From Eledone cirrhosa (taxonomy: Eukaryota), in the NCBI GenBank assembly GCA_964016885.1, contig OZ024742.1, positions 375,038,001 through 375,102,000 of the forward strand: a DNA stretch of 64,000 nt, in the 5' to 3' direction. How positions within the stretch are numbered: position 1 is the stretch's first letter; every line of letters starts with the position of its first letter. Both the position numbers and the translations under genes were made by a program. The notes beneath the pieces are model-generated. The model was not told where the DNA came from. It did no database searches and saw nothing but the letters and a program-made list of their open reading frames with translations. Positions 1 through 13,005 of the stretch are shown one piece after another.

Positions 1-3000
1 TACAGGGTGGTAGGGGTATTGACAGTGTATCGTGACCTTACAGGTTGGTAGGGGTATTGATAGTGTATGGTGACCCTACAGGGTGGTAGGGGTATTGACA
101 GTGTCTGGTGACCCTACAGGGCGGTAGGGGAATTGACAGTGTATGGTTATCTTACAGGGTGGTAGGGGTATTGACAGTATATGGTGACCCTACAGGGTGG
201 TAGGAGCATTGACAGTGTATCGTGACCTTACAGGGTGGTAGGGGTATTGACAGTGTATCGTGACCTTACAGGTTGGTAGGGGTATTGACAGTGTATGGTG
301 ACCCTACAGGGTGGTAGAGTATTGACAGTGTCTGGCGACCCTACAGGGCGGTAGGGGCATTGACAGTGTATGGTTACCTTACAGGGTGGTAGGGGTATTG
401 ACATTGTATGGTGACCCTACAGGGTGGTAGGTGTATTGACAGTGTATGGTGACCCTACAGGGTGGTAGGGGTATTGACATTGTATGGTGACCTTACAGGG
501 TGGTAGGGGCATTGACAGTGTATGGTGACCCTACAGGGTGGTAGGGGCATTGACAGTGTATGGTGAACCTACAGGGTGGTAGGGGTATTGACAGTGTATG
601 GTGACCTAACAGGGTGGTAGGGGCATTGACAGTGTATGGTGACATTACAGGGTGGTAGGGGCATTGACAGTGTCTGGTGACCTTACAGGGTGGTAGGGGA
701 ATTGACAGTGTCTGGTGACCTTACAGGGTGGTAGGGGTATTGACAGTGTATGGTGACCCTACAGGATGGTAGAGGTATTGACAGTGTCTGGTGACGCTAC
801 AGGGTGGTAGGAGCATTGACAGTGTATGGTGACCTTACAGGGTGGTAGGGGCATTGACAGTGTCTGGTGACCTTACAGGGTTGTAGGGGTATTGACAGTG
901 TCTGATGACCTTACAGCGTGGTAGGGGTATTGACAGTGTCTGGTGACCCTACAGGGCGGTAGGGGCATTGACAGTGTATTTTACCTTACAGGATGGTAGG
1001 GGTATTGACAGTATATGGTGACCCTACAGGGTGGTAGGGGTATTGACAGTGTATGGTGACCCTACAGGGTGGTAGGGGCATTGACAGTGTATGGTGACCC
1101 TACAGGGTGGTAGGCGTATTGACAGTGTATGGTGACCCTACAGGGTGGTAGGGGTATTGACAGTGTATGGTGACCCTACATGGTAGTAGGGGTATTGACA
1201 GTGTCTGGTGACCTTACAGGGTGGTAGGGTTATTGACAGTGTCTGGTGACCTTACAGGGTGGTAGGAGTATTGACAGTGTATGGTGAGCTTACAGGGTGG
1301 TACGGGCATTGACTGTGTATCGTGAACTTACAGGGTGGTAGGGGTATTGACAGTATATGGTGACCCTACAGGTTGGTAGGTGTATTGACAGTGTATCGTG
1401 ACCCTACAGGGTGATAGGGGCATCGACAGTGTATGGTGACCCTACAGGGTGGTAGAGTATTGACAGTGTCTGGTGACCCTACAGGGCGGTAGGGGCATTG
1501 ACAGTGTATGTTTACTTTACAGGGTGGTAGGGGTATTGACAGTATATGGTGACCCTACAGGGTGGTAGCGGTATTGACAGTGTATGGTGACCCTACAGGG
1601 TGATAGGGGCATTGACAGTGTATGGTGACCCTACAGGGAGGTAGGGGCATTGACAGTGTATGGTAACCCTACAGGGTGGTAGGGGTATTGACAGTGTATG
1701 GTGACCCAACAGGGTGGTAGGGGCATTGACAGTGTATGGTGACCCTACAAGGTGGTAGGCGTATTGACAGTGTATGGTGAACTTACAGGGTGGTAGGGGT
1801 ATTGACAGTGTCTGGTGACCTTACAGGGTGGTAGGGGCATTGACAGTGTATGGTGACATTACAGGGTGGTAGGGGTATTGACAGTGTCTGGTGACCCTAC
1901 AGGGTGGTAGGGGCATTGACAGTGTCTGGTGACCTTACAGGGTGGTAGGGGAATTGACAGTGTCTGGTGACCTTACAGGGTGGTAGGGGTATTGACAGTG
2001 TATGGTGACCCTACGGGGTGGTAGGAGCATTGACAGTGTATGGTGACCTTACAGGGTGGTAGGGGCATTGACAGTGTCTGGTGACCTTACAGGGTTGTAG
2101 GGTTATTGACAGTGTCTGTTGACCTTACAGGTTGGTAGGGGCATTGACACTGTCTGGTGACCTTACAGCGTGGTAGGCGTATTGACAGTGTCTGGTGACC
2201 CTACATGGTGGTAGGGGTATTGACAGTGTATGGTGACCTTACAGGGAGGTAGGGGTATTGACAGTGTATCGTGACCTTACAGGTTGGTAGGGTCATTGAC
2301 AGTGTATCGTGACCTTACAGGTTGGTAGGGGTATTGACAGTGTATGGTGACCCTACAGGGTGGTAGAGTATTGACAGTGTCTGGTGACCCTACAGGGCGG
2401 TAGGGGCATTGACAGTGTATGGTTACCTTACAGGGTGGTAGGGGTATTGACACTATATGGTGACCCTACAGGTTGGTAGGTGTATTGACAGTGTATGGTG
2501 ACCCTACAGGGTGATAGGGGCATTGACAGTGTATGGTGACCCTACAGGGTGGTAGGAGCATTGACAGTGTATGGTGACCTTACAGGGTGGTAGGGGTATT
2601 GACAGTGTATGCTGACCCTACAGGGTGGTAGGGGTATTGACAGTGTCTGGTGACCTTACAGGTTGGTAAGGGCATTGAAAGTGTCTGGTGACCTTACAGC
2701 GTGGTAGGGGTATTGACAGTGTCTGGTGACCCTACAGGGTGGTAGGGGTATTGACAGTGTATGGTGACCTTACAGGGAGGTAGGTGTATTGACAGTGTAT
2801 TGTGACCTTACAGGTTGTTAGGGGTATTGACAGTGTATCGTGACCTTACAGGTTGGTAGGGGTATTGACAGTGTATGGTGACCCTACAGGGTGCTAGAGT
2901 ATTGACAGTGTCTGGTGACCCTACAGGGCGGTAGGGGCATTGACAGTGTATGGTTACCTTACAGGGTGGTAGGGGTATTGACAGTATATGGTGACCCTAC

Positions 3001-4255
3001 AGGTTGGTAGGTGTATTGACAGTGTATGGTGACCCTACAGGGTGATAGGGGCATTGACAGTGTATGGTGACCCTACAGGGTGGTAGGAGCATTGACAGTG
3101 TATGGTGACCTTACAGGGTGGTAGCGGTATTGACAGTGTATGGTGACCCTACAGGGTGGTAGGGTTATTGACAGTGTCTGGTGACATTACAGGGTGGTAG
3201 GGGTATTGACAGTGTATCGTGACCTTACAGGGTGGTAGGGGTATTGACAGTGTATCGTGACCTTACAGGGTGGTAGGGGTATTGACAGTGTATCGTGAAC
3301 TTACAGGGTGGTAGGGGTATTGACAGTGTTTCGTGACCCTACAGGGTGGTAGGGGTATTGACAGTGTATGGTGACCCTACAGGGTGGTAGAGTATTGACA
3401 GTGTATGGTGACCCTACAGGGTGGTAGGGGTATTGACAGTGTATGGTGACTCTACAGGGTGATAGGGGCATTGACAGTGTATGGTGACCCTACAGGGTGG
3501 TAGGGGTATTGACAGTGTATGGTGACCCTACAGGGTGGTAGGAGCATTGACAGTGTATGGTGACCCTACAGGGTGATAGGGGCATTGACAGTGTATGGTG
3601 ACCCTACAGGGTGGTAGGGTTATTGACAGTGTATGGTGACCCTACAGGGTGGTAGGGGTATTGACAGTGTATGGTGAACCTACAGGGTGGTAGGGGTATT
3701 GACAGTGTATGGTGACCTTACAGGGTGGTAGGGGTATTGAGAGTGTCTGGTGACCTTACAGGATGGTAGGGGCATTGACAGTGTATGGTGAACCTACAGG
3801 GTGGTAGGGGTATTGACAGTGTATGGTGACCCTACAGGGTGGTAGGGGTATTGACAGTGTATGTTGACCCTTCAGGGTGGTAGGGGTATTGACAGTGTCT
3901 GGTGACCCTACAGGGTGGTAGAGGTATTGACAGTGTATGGTGACCCTATGGGGTGGTAGGGGCATTGATAGTGTATTTTGACCTTACAGGGTGGTAGTGT
4001 CATTGACAGTGTCTGGTGACCCTACAGGGTGGTAGGGGTATTTACAATGTCTGGTGACCCTACAGGGTGGTATGGTTATTGACAGTGTATGGTGACGCTA
4101 CATGGTGGTGGGGGTATTGACAGTGTCTGGTGACCCTACAGGGTGGTAGGGGCATTGTCAGTGTATGGTGACGCTACAGGGTGGTAGGGGTATTGACAGT
4201 GTATGGTGACCCTACAGGGTGGTAGGGGTATTGACAGTGTCTGGTGACCTTACAG
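1..4255. repeat. 38-bp G-rich minisatellite, consensus TACAGGGTGGTAGGGGTATTGACAGTGTATGGTGACCC, about 110 copies, running off the window start
   Basis: Units start at 1, 39, 77 and continue to about 4255, with point variants and occasional 37-bp units. Confidence 0.98.
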
Positions 4256-4400
4256 TCCTGTGTCATCGCCTTTGAGAGGTGCAATTGGGCAAGAGCAATT
4301 TTTATCACCTCATCCCATGTCTTCCTGGGTCTCTCCACTCCAAGGCTTCCATCAACTTTTAGTGCTCTGCATCTTTTTATGCAGCTGTCATCCTTCATCG
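4256..4400 (-). mobile_element. Short RTE LINE fragment (ORF C-terminus)
   Basis: [28 protein letters not shown] matches the C-terminus of the RTE ORF at 55550-58592. Confidence 0.9.
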
Positions 4401-4974
4401 ATCAAGATACTTCATTTCATGTTGCCCCAGTCAACTCAGTTGTAAAAAAAAGATAATGAGTCTGAGCAACAGACTCATGTCTTTTCCAGTTGAAAGTCTT
4501 GTATTCTCAGTCACTTAACATTAATAAAACTAGGGCAAGCTCCAGCCTGTTGAGCCTCTGAGATTGGTACAAACTTTAACTATGAATGGTTAATAAATTA
4601 ACATCACAATTACAAGGTTCCAAGTTTGGTCCCAGAGTATGGCATCTTGGGAAAATGTCATTTACCATAACCTTGGCACCACTCTAGTCTTGTGTTGAAA
4701 TTAGAGAGAAACTGTTTGAAAGGCTGTCAGACAAACTATACTTTTAATTCAAGGGACCAACCTTGTAACACTGTGTCTTACTGAATCTTCCTGAGAATTA
4801 TGTCAGAGGTACATGTATCTGTGGAATATTTGTCTGTTGCAACTTCTGGCAGAAGTACCATTACTATTTAGGTGAGAGGAGGCCATATTTGAACTCTGGG
4901 CATACAGAACTAATAAATGTACCAGAAATTATCCTATCTGATTCTTTAACAATTCCACCAATCCATCACCTCTG

Positions 4975-5110
4975 AATTGGTATTTTAATTATCAACCCTG
5001 AAAGGATGAAATACAAAGTTGACCTCTGCATGATTTCAATTCAGAGCTCAAAGAGCCAGAACAAATATCACGGCATTTAATCCAATGCTTTAATGATTTG
5101 CTGCCAATTT
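4975..5110 (-). mobile_element. Degenerate tRNA-derived SINE (same family as 12836-13005)
   Basis: ttatcaaccctgaaaggatgaaatacaaagttgacctc aligns by eye to ttatcgaccccgtaaggatgaaaggcaaagttaacctc. Confidence 0.7.
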
Positions 5111-5578
5111 ACTGTCAAATAACCAGAAATAAAAGTAGGTTTTAAAAATAGAGACAACACAGAAAACAACCGATATTAATCTTATTAGTTTGTATGTCAA
5201 TACGAGATCAATATGAGATCAATTATTAGTAGAATAATATTTATTGTATTGTTATATTGAGCCTGTAGCAGTGGAGACTTCTGGTTGACCCTAAGACAAT
5301 CTCCCTACTCCCCACAATTGGCATGGAGTTGGCTACCTGCAGGTGTTACCCTAGCGAGCTGGAATGGCTCTTTTAATGTGTCTCCCTCCCCATCCTCTGG
5401 GGAAATGCCTTCTTTATTCTGTCCACTGAGGCTGTAACTGTGTAGGCCCCCATTTGCTTATAATAGTAAGGGATGGGGAGAGCGAGAAAGATGGTGGCAG
5501 TGACAATGGGAATTTGATTCTATATATTCAGTCCTTGTTAGGAATTTTTAGTTTCAGTGTGTATATGGACACACACAT

Positions 5579-5623
<45 letters not shown>

Positions 5624-5767
5624 GTAAACCGTTGTTATATTTTACTTCCATTTTTCATGATATATATATATATATAAAAAACTTCTTTAGTCAGGGAAGA
5701 AAGAGTAAAGCCTGTGATAGTTTTCATAGCTTCTGAGGCAGGGTGAGATGGAGAGAAGAAGCTATTC

Positions 5768-5996
5768 TTAACCCTTTCATTGCCATATTTCTAACATTGT
5801 GTTTGAATTAAATTAATGAAGAATTTAGAAGGATTTACTAATTATTTCATTAAGATAGTATTTGTAACACAGCTTATTAAAAGGTTCTTATAGAAAAGTA
5901 TATTAGAATTAATTTAAGTAGGAACACTTTAAAATGAATGGTTTTCTTCCATAGAAGCAGAGGTGGTTTTAGGTGGGTTGGTATCAAAAGGGTTAA
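5768..5996. mobile_element. piggyBac-like non-autonomous DNA element (MITE)
   Basis: TTAA (5768-5771) then CCCTTTCATTGCCA ... TGGTATCAAAAGGG then TTAA (5993-5996): imperfect terminal inverted repeats starting CCC with a TTAA target duplication. Confidence 0.65.
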
Positions 5997-6649
5997 ACTG
6001 AAGACTTGACCTAAAGACTGTATTTTTCTGTGTATTGTGCTCATTCATGTATAATGTGCACCCCTTTTTGACCAGAAAAATAGCATGTGGTGTAGCCAAC
6101 CTTCAGAAATGAGGATATGCCACTGATGATTATTCCAATGGATGGGTGTGGTTTAGTGCTCAATAAGATGATAAGGAAAATGTCTGGAGAACAAAAAAAA
6201 AACAGAATAAACAAACACACAAGTCTTTGTACTAACTCCCACCTTATACCCCCCCCCCCTCATCATTTTCACCATTATCATCATCATTATCACCATTATC
6301 ATCATCATCATTTTCTCTCTCTCAACACATTCCTGATATCAAAATCCCTCCAAAACTGTGGGTTTCCAAGATATTATGACCTACTGTTGTTGTTGTTATT
6401 GGAATTGTTGCTGTTATTGTTGTTGTCTCTGTTGTTATTGTCTATGCCATTGTTGTTGTCCCCCCCCCACCTCTCTCTCTCTCTCTCCTGTCATTGCTTC
6501 AAGGCTATGGAGGGAAATAATATTGTTTATCCAACCAGTTTTAATGATTCTTCTGTTAAAAGACTAAATAATACAGTTTAATGAACATACACACACACAC
6601 ATGTATATATGTGTGTGTGTCTGTGTCACTCAGTATGTCTGTATATGTG

Positions 6650-7070
6650 TCATCATCATCATTACCATTTAATGTCTAGTATCCATGCTGGTGTGGGTTA
6701 GACATATTGCCATATTCTGTGTCTATGTCTAGCTCCATTTATGGTTTCTCTGACTCAATATTCTACCTAATGCCAACCAACCATTTTACAGAATCTTCTG
6801 GGAGAATTTTATCATAGCACCACCACTACTTCTTTACAGAGTAAACTAGGTGTTTTTTTATCACGGCACTAATACTACTACTTTTTAGTGTGGGATGGGT
6901 GCTTATAATTGTGGCCCCAGCATAATCAACTTACAGGGTTAACTGGGTGATTTTTATCATGACACCAGTACTTCCACTTTATAATGTAGAGTAATTTATT
7001 GGGACACCACGCTATCACTTTATCAAGTATCTGGGTGGATTTTATCGTGGCACCAGCCTACAACACTAGG
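6650..7070 (-). mobile_element. Old RTE-type 3' UTR relic with an expanded internal ~45-bp repeat
   Basis: (CAT)n tail, then tttaatgtc..tccatgctggtgtgggttagac, then several ttacag..tgggtg..tttt..gtggcacc units resembling the RTE 3' UTR at 14422-14700. Confidence 0.6.
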
Positions 7071-7259
7071 GTGTTGGTTGTGTCTTCAACTTACAGTGGG
7101 ACATGTGTGCATGTGTGCTGTTATACAGAAAATAAAAATCTTCACTGGATTAGTTTCCAGCATCCTTGGCCTTGGAAAACTCCAGTACCAGTCAACCAAG
7201 ATAAATATAATTTAGACAACTGTAATACATGTATGGCATCATCACATCAGTAAACTCCA

Positions 7260-8420
7260 GCTGCTGTGGCCAATTCATCGAGTTTCTTGAAGACATTACC
7301 TGAATCACTGATGGCGGCTCATGGGTGGATGTTATCTATTTTGACTTTGCTAAAGTTTTTAATTCTGTGCCACACAAAAGTCTTATGGCAAAACTCTCTG
7401 CAATGATGTGAGTGATGATCTTTATAACTTGTGAAAGTCCTTCATTCTCAGTTGAAAAGAGGTAGTCATGGTTCTAGGACAGCAGTCTTCACCCTATGAG
7501 ATGACATTTGGTGTACTATAGAGATCTATTCTTGGTTTGTTGCATATATTAATGACATAGATGCTAACTTGAAGAATGTCACAGTGTTGAGATATGCAGA
7601 TGACATCAAGCTGTACCTTGAGATAAAAAAGACAGATCCTGCAATCAGACCTGAACACAATGCAGCAAAGGATTATGGATTGGCAACTCAAGCTGGCTGT
7701 GGTCAAGTATACCACCATGCATTTTGAAAAGAAAAAACCTAGCTTTCACATACTTCCTCCACAATACAAACCTCAAGTCTTCTTGTGAATGTGACCTGGG
7801 CATTATTGTCAACAGTGATTTGCATGGGACAAAGCACGTCTCTAAACTTGTCAAGGCCGAGGGTGTCTTAACATCACTCAGTAAGTGCAACTAAATGAAT
7901 ACCCTCCATCAGGCATCTACCATACTCTGAATGCCTTGCTTCCCTGGGCATAGATACATTAAAGTTTTGTTGTCTGGCAACTGACTTGGTAAACACCCAC
8001 AAAATTATTAACCATGTTGCCAACAACAACCCCGGCACTTTTTTTATTTCCATGTGTCTAACACACGTGGGAATGCTTACAGAATCAGAAAACAGTACAG
8101 TTCCCATGACTTTCAGAAACATTTTTTCACACTCAGAGTTTCTGAAGCATGGAACAAACTATTTGCATCAGTTGTTAGCTGTCAGGATACTGCATTCTTC
8201 AAAAGTTCCATCTTCCCGAAATTCGCCAACACTACACCTGATATTCCCCCTCCATACACACACACTTGTGTGTGTGGTGTGTGGTGTGATGTGGTGTGTG
8301 TATCGTGACACATACACTGTTCGCTTTCCTGACAGTTGTACATTATTCTATGTACTATACATGTACTTTTGATGATTGTAGTGCACCTGAGCACAGTAAA
8401 CAATAATTTTCATTATTATT
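7260..8420 (+). mobile_element. Decayed, 5'-truncated CR1-group LINE (same family as 9393-10616)
   Basis: Disrupted RT (VDVIYFDFAK, YADDIKLYL) and the same 3' end gtagtgcacctgagcac..caataatttt-(ATT)n. Confidence 0.88.
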
Positions 8421-8446
8421 AAATGTTTGTTGTTATTTTTATACCC

Positions 8447-8558
<112 letters not shown>

Positions 8559-8597
8559 ATTAAATAAATGGAAACTATATTTATAAAACCAAATTTA

Positions 8598-8659
8598 TTT
8601 CGTTATATATATTTCAGGGATATCATATTAACAATATGTTATGCCATCATCAGACAAAA
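8598..8659 (-). ncRNA. Type I hammerhead ribozyme motif, degenerate helix II (probable Penelope pLTR remnant)
   Basis: Minus strand: UUUUGU-CUGAUGA-[hairpin]-GAAA-UAUAUA-UA-ACGAAA; helix I pairs and helix III is palindromic. Confidence 0.6.
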
Positions 8660-8685
8660 TACAATATAAACAGTCTTATAAATAA

Positions 8686-8726
<41 letters not shown>

Positions 8727-8729
<3 letters not shown>

Positions 8730-9390
8730 CGTTTTGAAGGGTTCCTAACGTTTCGGACGTTAACCCTTCATCAGAAGAATAAATGAGAAATTAGGTAGCT
8801 TGAAGGGGCGGGTGGGTGGAATTGGAAAAATGTCTTTATATATATAATGGTAAAGAAAACGGGAGGTTATATCCGTAGTAAGTAGAGCACTCACTCCAGA
8901 GGATGTGTTCGGTATAGAGTTAGTTCCACAACAAAATAACAAACCATACCTGAGCGGTTTCACCGAATGGATTTTCAATCCACAGCCATACACAAGTTGA
9001 AAACTCGTTCAGTGAAACCTGCGTCCTCGAGTATGGTTTGTTAATTTGTTGTGGAACACTCTCTCTCTGTATATATATAAACTTGATATAAATATACAAG
9101 GATTTAGAGCACTCAGTGGCATATGCAAATACTTAAGTTTCGTTGGGTTGTTTATTCCAACTCCTTCAGCCGGTCATGGTAAAAAAAAATGTCGTCCATT
9201 CATGGAAATTTTAGAATGTATAGGAGAACTGTATAAAATTATCAAAGGTAGGTAATTTGTGATTTACATAGAGCCACGAGTTTTTTAATAGTTATCTCCC
9301 TTCTAATTAGTCTAACATAACCGACAAATATGTTTTTTCATACAGCAGCTGCTACGTATTTTTCTAGTTATATCGATAACAGTGAGAACA
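8727..9390 (-). mobile_element. Probable degraded Penelope-like 3' end
   Basis: HICRLC remnant near 9315 resembles the CKLC/CNLC motif ending the GIY-YIG domains in this window; terminal HHR at 8742-8779. Confidence 0.45.
8742..8779 (-). ncRNA. Minimal type I hammerhead ribozyme motif
   Basis: Minus strand: UUCUU-CUGAUGA-AGGGUUAACGUCC-GAAA-CG-UU-AGGAA. Confidence 0.65.
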
Positions 9391-9392
9391 GA

Positions 9393-10616
9393 AATTCTGT
9401 GCCACACAAAAGGCTTATGGCAAAACTCTCTGCAATGGGTGTGAAGGATGATCTTTTTAACTGGTTGAAGTCCTTCATTCTCAGTCGAAGAGAGGTAGTC
9501 ACGGTTCTGGGACAGCATTCCTCACCATATGAGATGTCATCTGGTGTACCACAAGGATCTGTTCTTGGCCCCTCTTGTTTGTGGCATATATTAATGACAT
9601 AGATGCCAACTTAAAGAATGCCACAGTACTAAAGTACGCAGATGACATCAAGCTGTACCTTGAGATAAAAAGGACAGATCCTGAACACTATAGATCTTGC
9701 TTGCAGTCTGACCTGGACACTATGCAACAATGGATCTCAGACTGGCAACTCAAGCTAGCTGTGGACAACTGCACCACCATACATTTTGGGAGTAAAAACC
9801 CAGCATCCACATACTCCCTCCACAACACTAATATCAAGAAGTCTTCTTGTGAACGTGACGTGGGCATTACCATTAGCAGCGATTTGCGTTGGACGAAGCA
9901 CGTCTCTAAAATTGTCAAGAGGGCTGAGGGTGTCTTAGCATCACTCAGCAAGACCTTTGTCAGCCGCTCTCCAGATATCTATTTAAGGCTGTACATGGCT
10001 ATGGTGCGGCCACACTTAGAATTTTCATCACCAGTCTGGAACCCCTATCTTGCTCAGAACATTGACCGCCTGGAAACTGTTCAGAGACGTGCAACCAAGC
10101 GAATACCCTCCATCAGACACCTACCATACTCTGAGCGCCTTACTTCCCTGGGCATGGATACATTGAAGCTCTGACGCCTGGCAACTGACTTGGTAAAGAG
10201 CCACAAAATTGTTAACCATGTTGCCAACAACAACCCTGAGTACCTTTTTGATTTCCATGTGTCTAACACACGTGGGCATGCCCATAAAGTCAGAAAACAG
10301 TACAGCTCCGATGACTTTCGGAAACATTTTTTCATGCTCAGAGTTGCTGAAGCATGGAACAAACTACCTGCATCAGTTGTTAGCTGTGGAGACACTGCAT
10401 CATTTAAGGCCTCCATGCTTCCTGAGATCCGCTAACACTACAGCTAATGTTCCCTCTCCATACACATACACATATGTATACCAAGACTCATACACTATTC
10501 ACTTCCCTGACATTTGTGTATTATTCTATGTACTATACATGCACCTTTGACGAGTTGTAGTGCACCTGAGCACTGTACACAATAATTTCATTATTATTAT
10601 TATTATTATTATTATT
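9393..10616 (+). mobile_element. 5'-truncated CR1-group LINE (RT C-terminus, 3' UTR, (ATT)n tail)
   Basis: SGVPQGSVLGP, YADD, VRPHLEFSSPVWNP, LETVQRRATK; frameshift near 9575 and stop at 10174. Confidence 0.93.
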
Positions 10617-10619
10617 TTA

Positions 10620-11530
10620 ACAGAATCAGATACAACAGAGTTCTTCAACATCATATCTGGGTGTCAAGGCTGCATCTTCTCTCCCCTGTTGTTCCTACTG
10701 GCTGCTGATTTCATATTGAAAAATACTGCCGAGGGAGCCAGTCTTGTGGACAGCGAAATCAAGGCTAAAAGACCTGAATTTTGCCGACGACATCGCCTTG
10801 CTATCTGAGGACAGTGCAAACCTGCAAGAGCTATCAACATACCTACAGCAGAACTCTGAGAAGATCAGGTTACGAATCAACATCCAAAAGACCAAGGTTA
10901 TGAAGGTAGGAAACGACCAGGTGGCCGCAGTTAAGGTGAACCAGCAGGAGCTGGACAAGGTCGATCACTTCACGTACCTTGACAGCATCCTGAGCAACAG
11001 TGGCGACATCGATCTAGACATCAACTGCAGGATTGGAGCAGCGACCGCGGTGTTCCAACGGATGCACTCGATTTTGTCAAACGTAGCCATCAGCACGTAC
11101 ATCAAGCTGCACTTGTACACCAGCATTGCACTTCCCATGGCCATCTACGCCTGCGAAACGTGTAAACACACCGCCAAAACAGATAGGTATCTAAACACTT
11201 TCCACCAAAGGTGACTGCGTATGGTCACCTGGTGAGATCAGGTAAGAAACGGAGAGATCCTGCGGAGAGCAGGGTCGCGTACACTGCAAGAGATCATCAT
11301 GGTGTGCCGGTTCTGTTTGACGGGTCACATTCTGCACTTCCCACAACATCGCCTGTCCAAAACGGACTTTTCCCCGAGGGCAAGCTGAAAAGATGTCGGC
11401 CGAAGATGACCTGGCGGCGGACATTCCAAAGTGACCTACAAACCGTCAACATCACCTGGCACGGATGTCAACGAGCTGCAACCGACCGACAGCATTGGAG
11501 ACGATTTCGGTGACTTCTGTTACCGACGTA
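10620..11530 (+). mobile_element. Degenerate RTE-clade LINE RT fragment, a different family from RTE-A/B and lacking the PHD insert
   Basis: QGCIFSPLLF, LNFADDIALL, INIQKTKVM, VDHFTYL, RPKMTWRR. Confidence 0.85.
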
Positions 11531-11791
11531 ACAAGCCGACACAGAATTTTTACTTTCACCCTAGACAGGGTCTTCTGAAACTGTGCGTCAACAGATTGGT
11601 TTTTCTCAGTTTCGGAAGATCCCGTGTAAGATGAAAACAGAAATTCTTTGCTTAAATCTTAATCTATACTAATAATAAATATTTGCTCTACGGGTTTATA
11701 TATACTTTTATATATAATAAATCCTTATCGAGCCCTCTTCAGATTTTGGTCTTTGTATTTATTATTACTACACACACACACATATATATAT

Positions 11792-11831
<40 letters not shown>

Positions 11832-11833
<2 letters not shown>

Positions 11834-12362
11834 CGTTTTTTATACATATTTACCTCGGCTGCGTTTGTCTGTTTCTCTCTTACTGCTTCCCCGTTCTCTC
11901 TGTTTCTCTCACCTTCTTTCGCCCCTCTGTCAGTTACACTTTCTCTCGACTGACCTCTTCCTCGCACTTCCACTCATTCACTCTCTGTTTCTCCCCTTCT
12001 CACTTCCTCCCGTTTGGCTAGTAGTGGGATCTTTTCTTGCTCACATCTCACTCACGCTGGACGTGTCTGTATCCCGATCGCTCATGAAATCCACCCAGTT
12101 TATGCTGACCGGACAACCATGTTGATTGTTTATTTTCCTATCTTCGGTTTACTTTTATCCTTCTATGTTGTTTACTTGTCCCACTCGCTTTACGCGATTT
12201 ACTTGTCCCAATAGCTTTTTTTAGTTATTGCTCGCACCAACCTGAGGTATATGATTTTTAATGCGATGAAATATCAATGATGGTTGGCAAATCACTGACG
12301 AGGGACTAATTTTATCACATGTAACCCATGTGCAACCACGCAGTATTCTTCTTTCTTCTCAT
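11832..12362 (+). mobile_element. Diverged relative of the 725-bp retrozyme-like element at 33231-34089
   Basis: CT-rich body similar to 33405 onward, then the permuted HHR motif and a conserved downstream catgt..cccat.tgcaac..cgcag; flanked by (TA)n. Confidence 0.7.
12205..12306 (+). ncRNA. Non-circularly permuted (pseudoknotted) hammerhead ribozyme motif with k-turn
   Basis: CCAACC-UGA-GGUAU-A-UGAUUU..UGCGA-U-GAAA-UAUC-AAU-GA-U-GGUUGG-C-AAAUCA-CUGACGA-GGGAC. Confidence 0.72.
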
Positions 12363-12404
<42 letters not shown>

Positions 12405-12406
<2 letters not shown>

Positions 12407-12454
12407 TCTTTTACCTGTTTCAGCCATCCGACTGAGGCCATGCTGGGGCACCGC

Positions 12455-12457
<3 letters not shown>
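12405..12457 (-). mobile_element. About 50-bp 3' tip of the CR1-B LINE, or of a SINE sharing its tail
   Basis: ctcttttacctgtttcagccatccgactgaggccatgctggggcaccgcc is nearly identical to 39498-39547; embedded in (TA)n. Confidence 0.88.
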
Positions 12458-12496
<39 letters not shown>

Positions 12497-12540
12497 CTTC
12501 AAAATATTAATAAATATAGACATTCATGTGATCAAATATA

Positions 12541-12602
12541 TTTTATTATACATATTTCAGAGGTACTGAGCTATTTCATCAGTACGTCCTCATCAGATAA
12601 AA
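12541..12602 (-). ncRNA. Type I hammerhead ribozyme motif
   Basis: Minus strand: UUUUAU-CUGAUGA-GGAC-GUACUGA-loop-UCAGUAC-CUCU-GAAA-UAUGUA-UA-AUAAAA. Confidence 0.78.
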
Positions 12603-12835
12603 TAAATTGATGTCTGACATACCTCAACTGTGCTGATGGTTCAATTCCAGTCTTGGCAGTGATTAGTTATGATAAAACTCAATATTTATTAACCATAAGA
12701 TGTAACATGAAAAACTACATATAATAAAGAGGGTACGTAGGAAGAGGTGTATAAAAATATATAATAATAAATATATATAAAGGCAGGTAATAAATATAAA
12801 CATAAAACTACATAACTGTTAAATATTTAAATAAT

Positions 12836-13005
12836 TGTTTCTACTTTTTGGCACAAGGCCAGCAATTAATCCAGTGTATTACTGGTACTTTATTTTATCG
12901 ACCCCGTAAGGATGAAAGGCAAAGTTAACCTCGACGGGATTTGAACTCAGTCCGTAAAGGGACGTAACTGTGCTACAAAGCATCGCGTCCGACCCTCTAC
13001 CCTCT
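12836..13005 (-). mobile_element. tRNA-derived SINE
   Basis: Pol III B box GAGTTCAAATCC on the minus strand, followed by a body shared with 4975-5110. Confidence 0.78.

Noticed and set aside
1-4255. CRISPR-like periodicity of about 38 bp
   Set aside because: Units are contiguous with no unique spacers, there are no cas genes, and the context is eukaryotic
6101-6183. Possible minus-strand host exon (polypyrimidine tract + CAG acceptor at 6184-6210; donor-like GTTGGC at 6100)
   Set aside because: Weak donor, no recognisable peptide and no partner exons; needs RNA-seq
6117-6581. 154-aa His/Leu-rich ORF
   Set aside because: Built from (CAT)n and (TGT)n microsatellites
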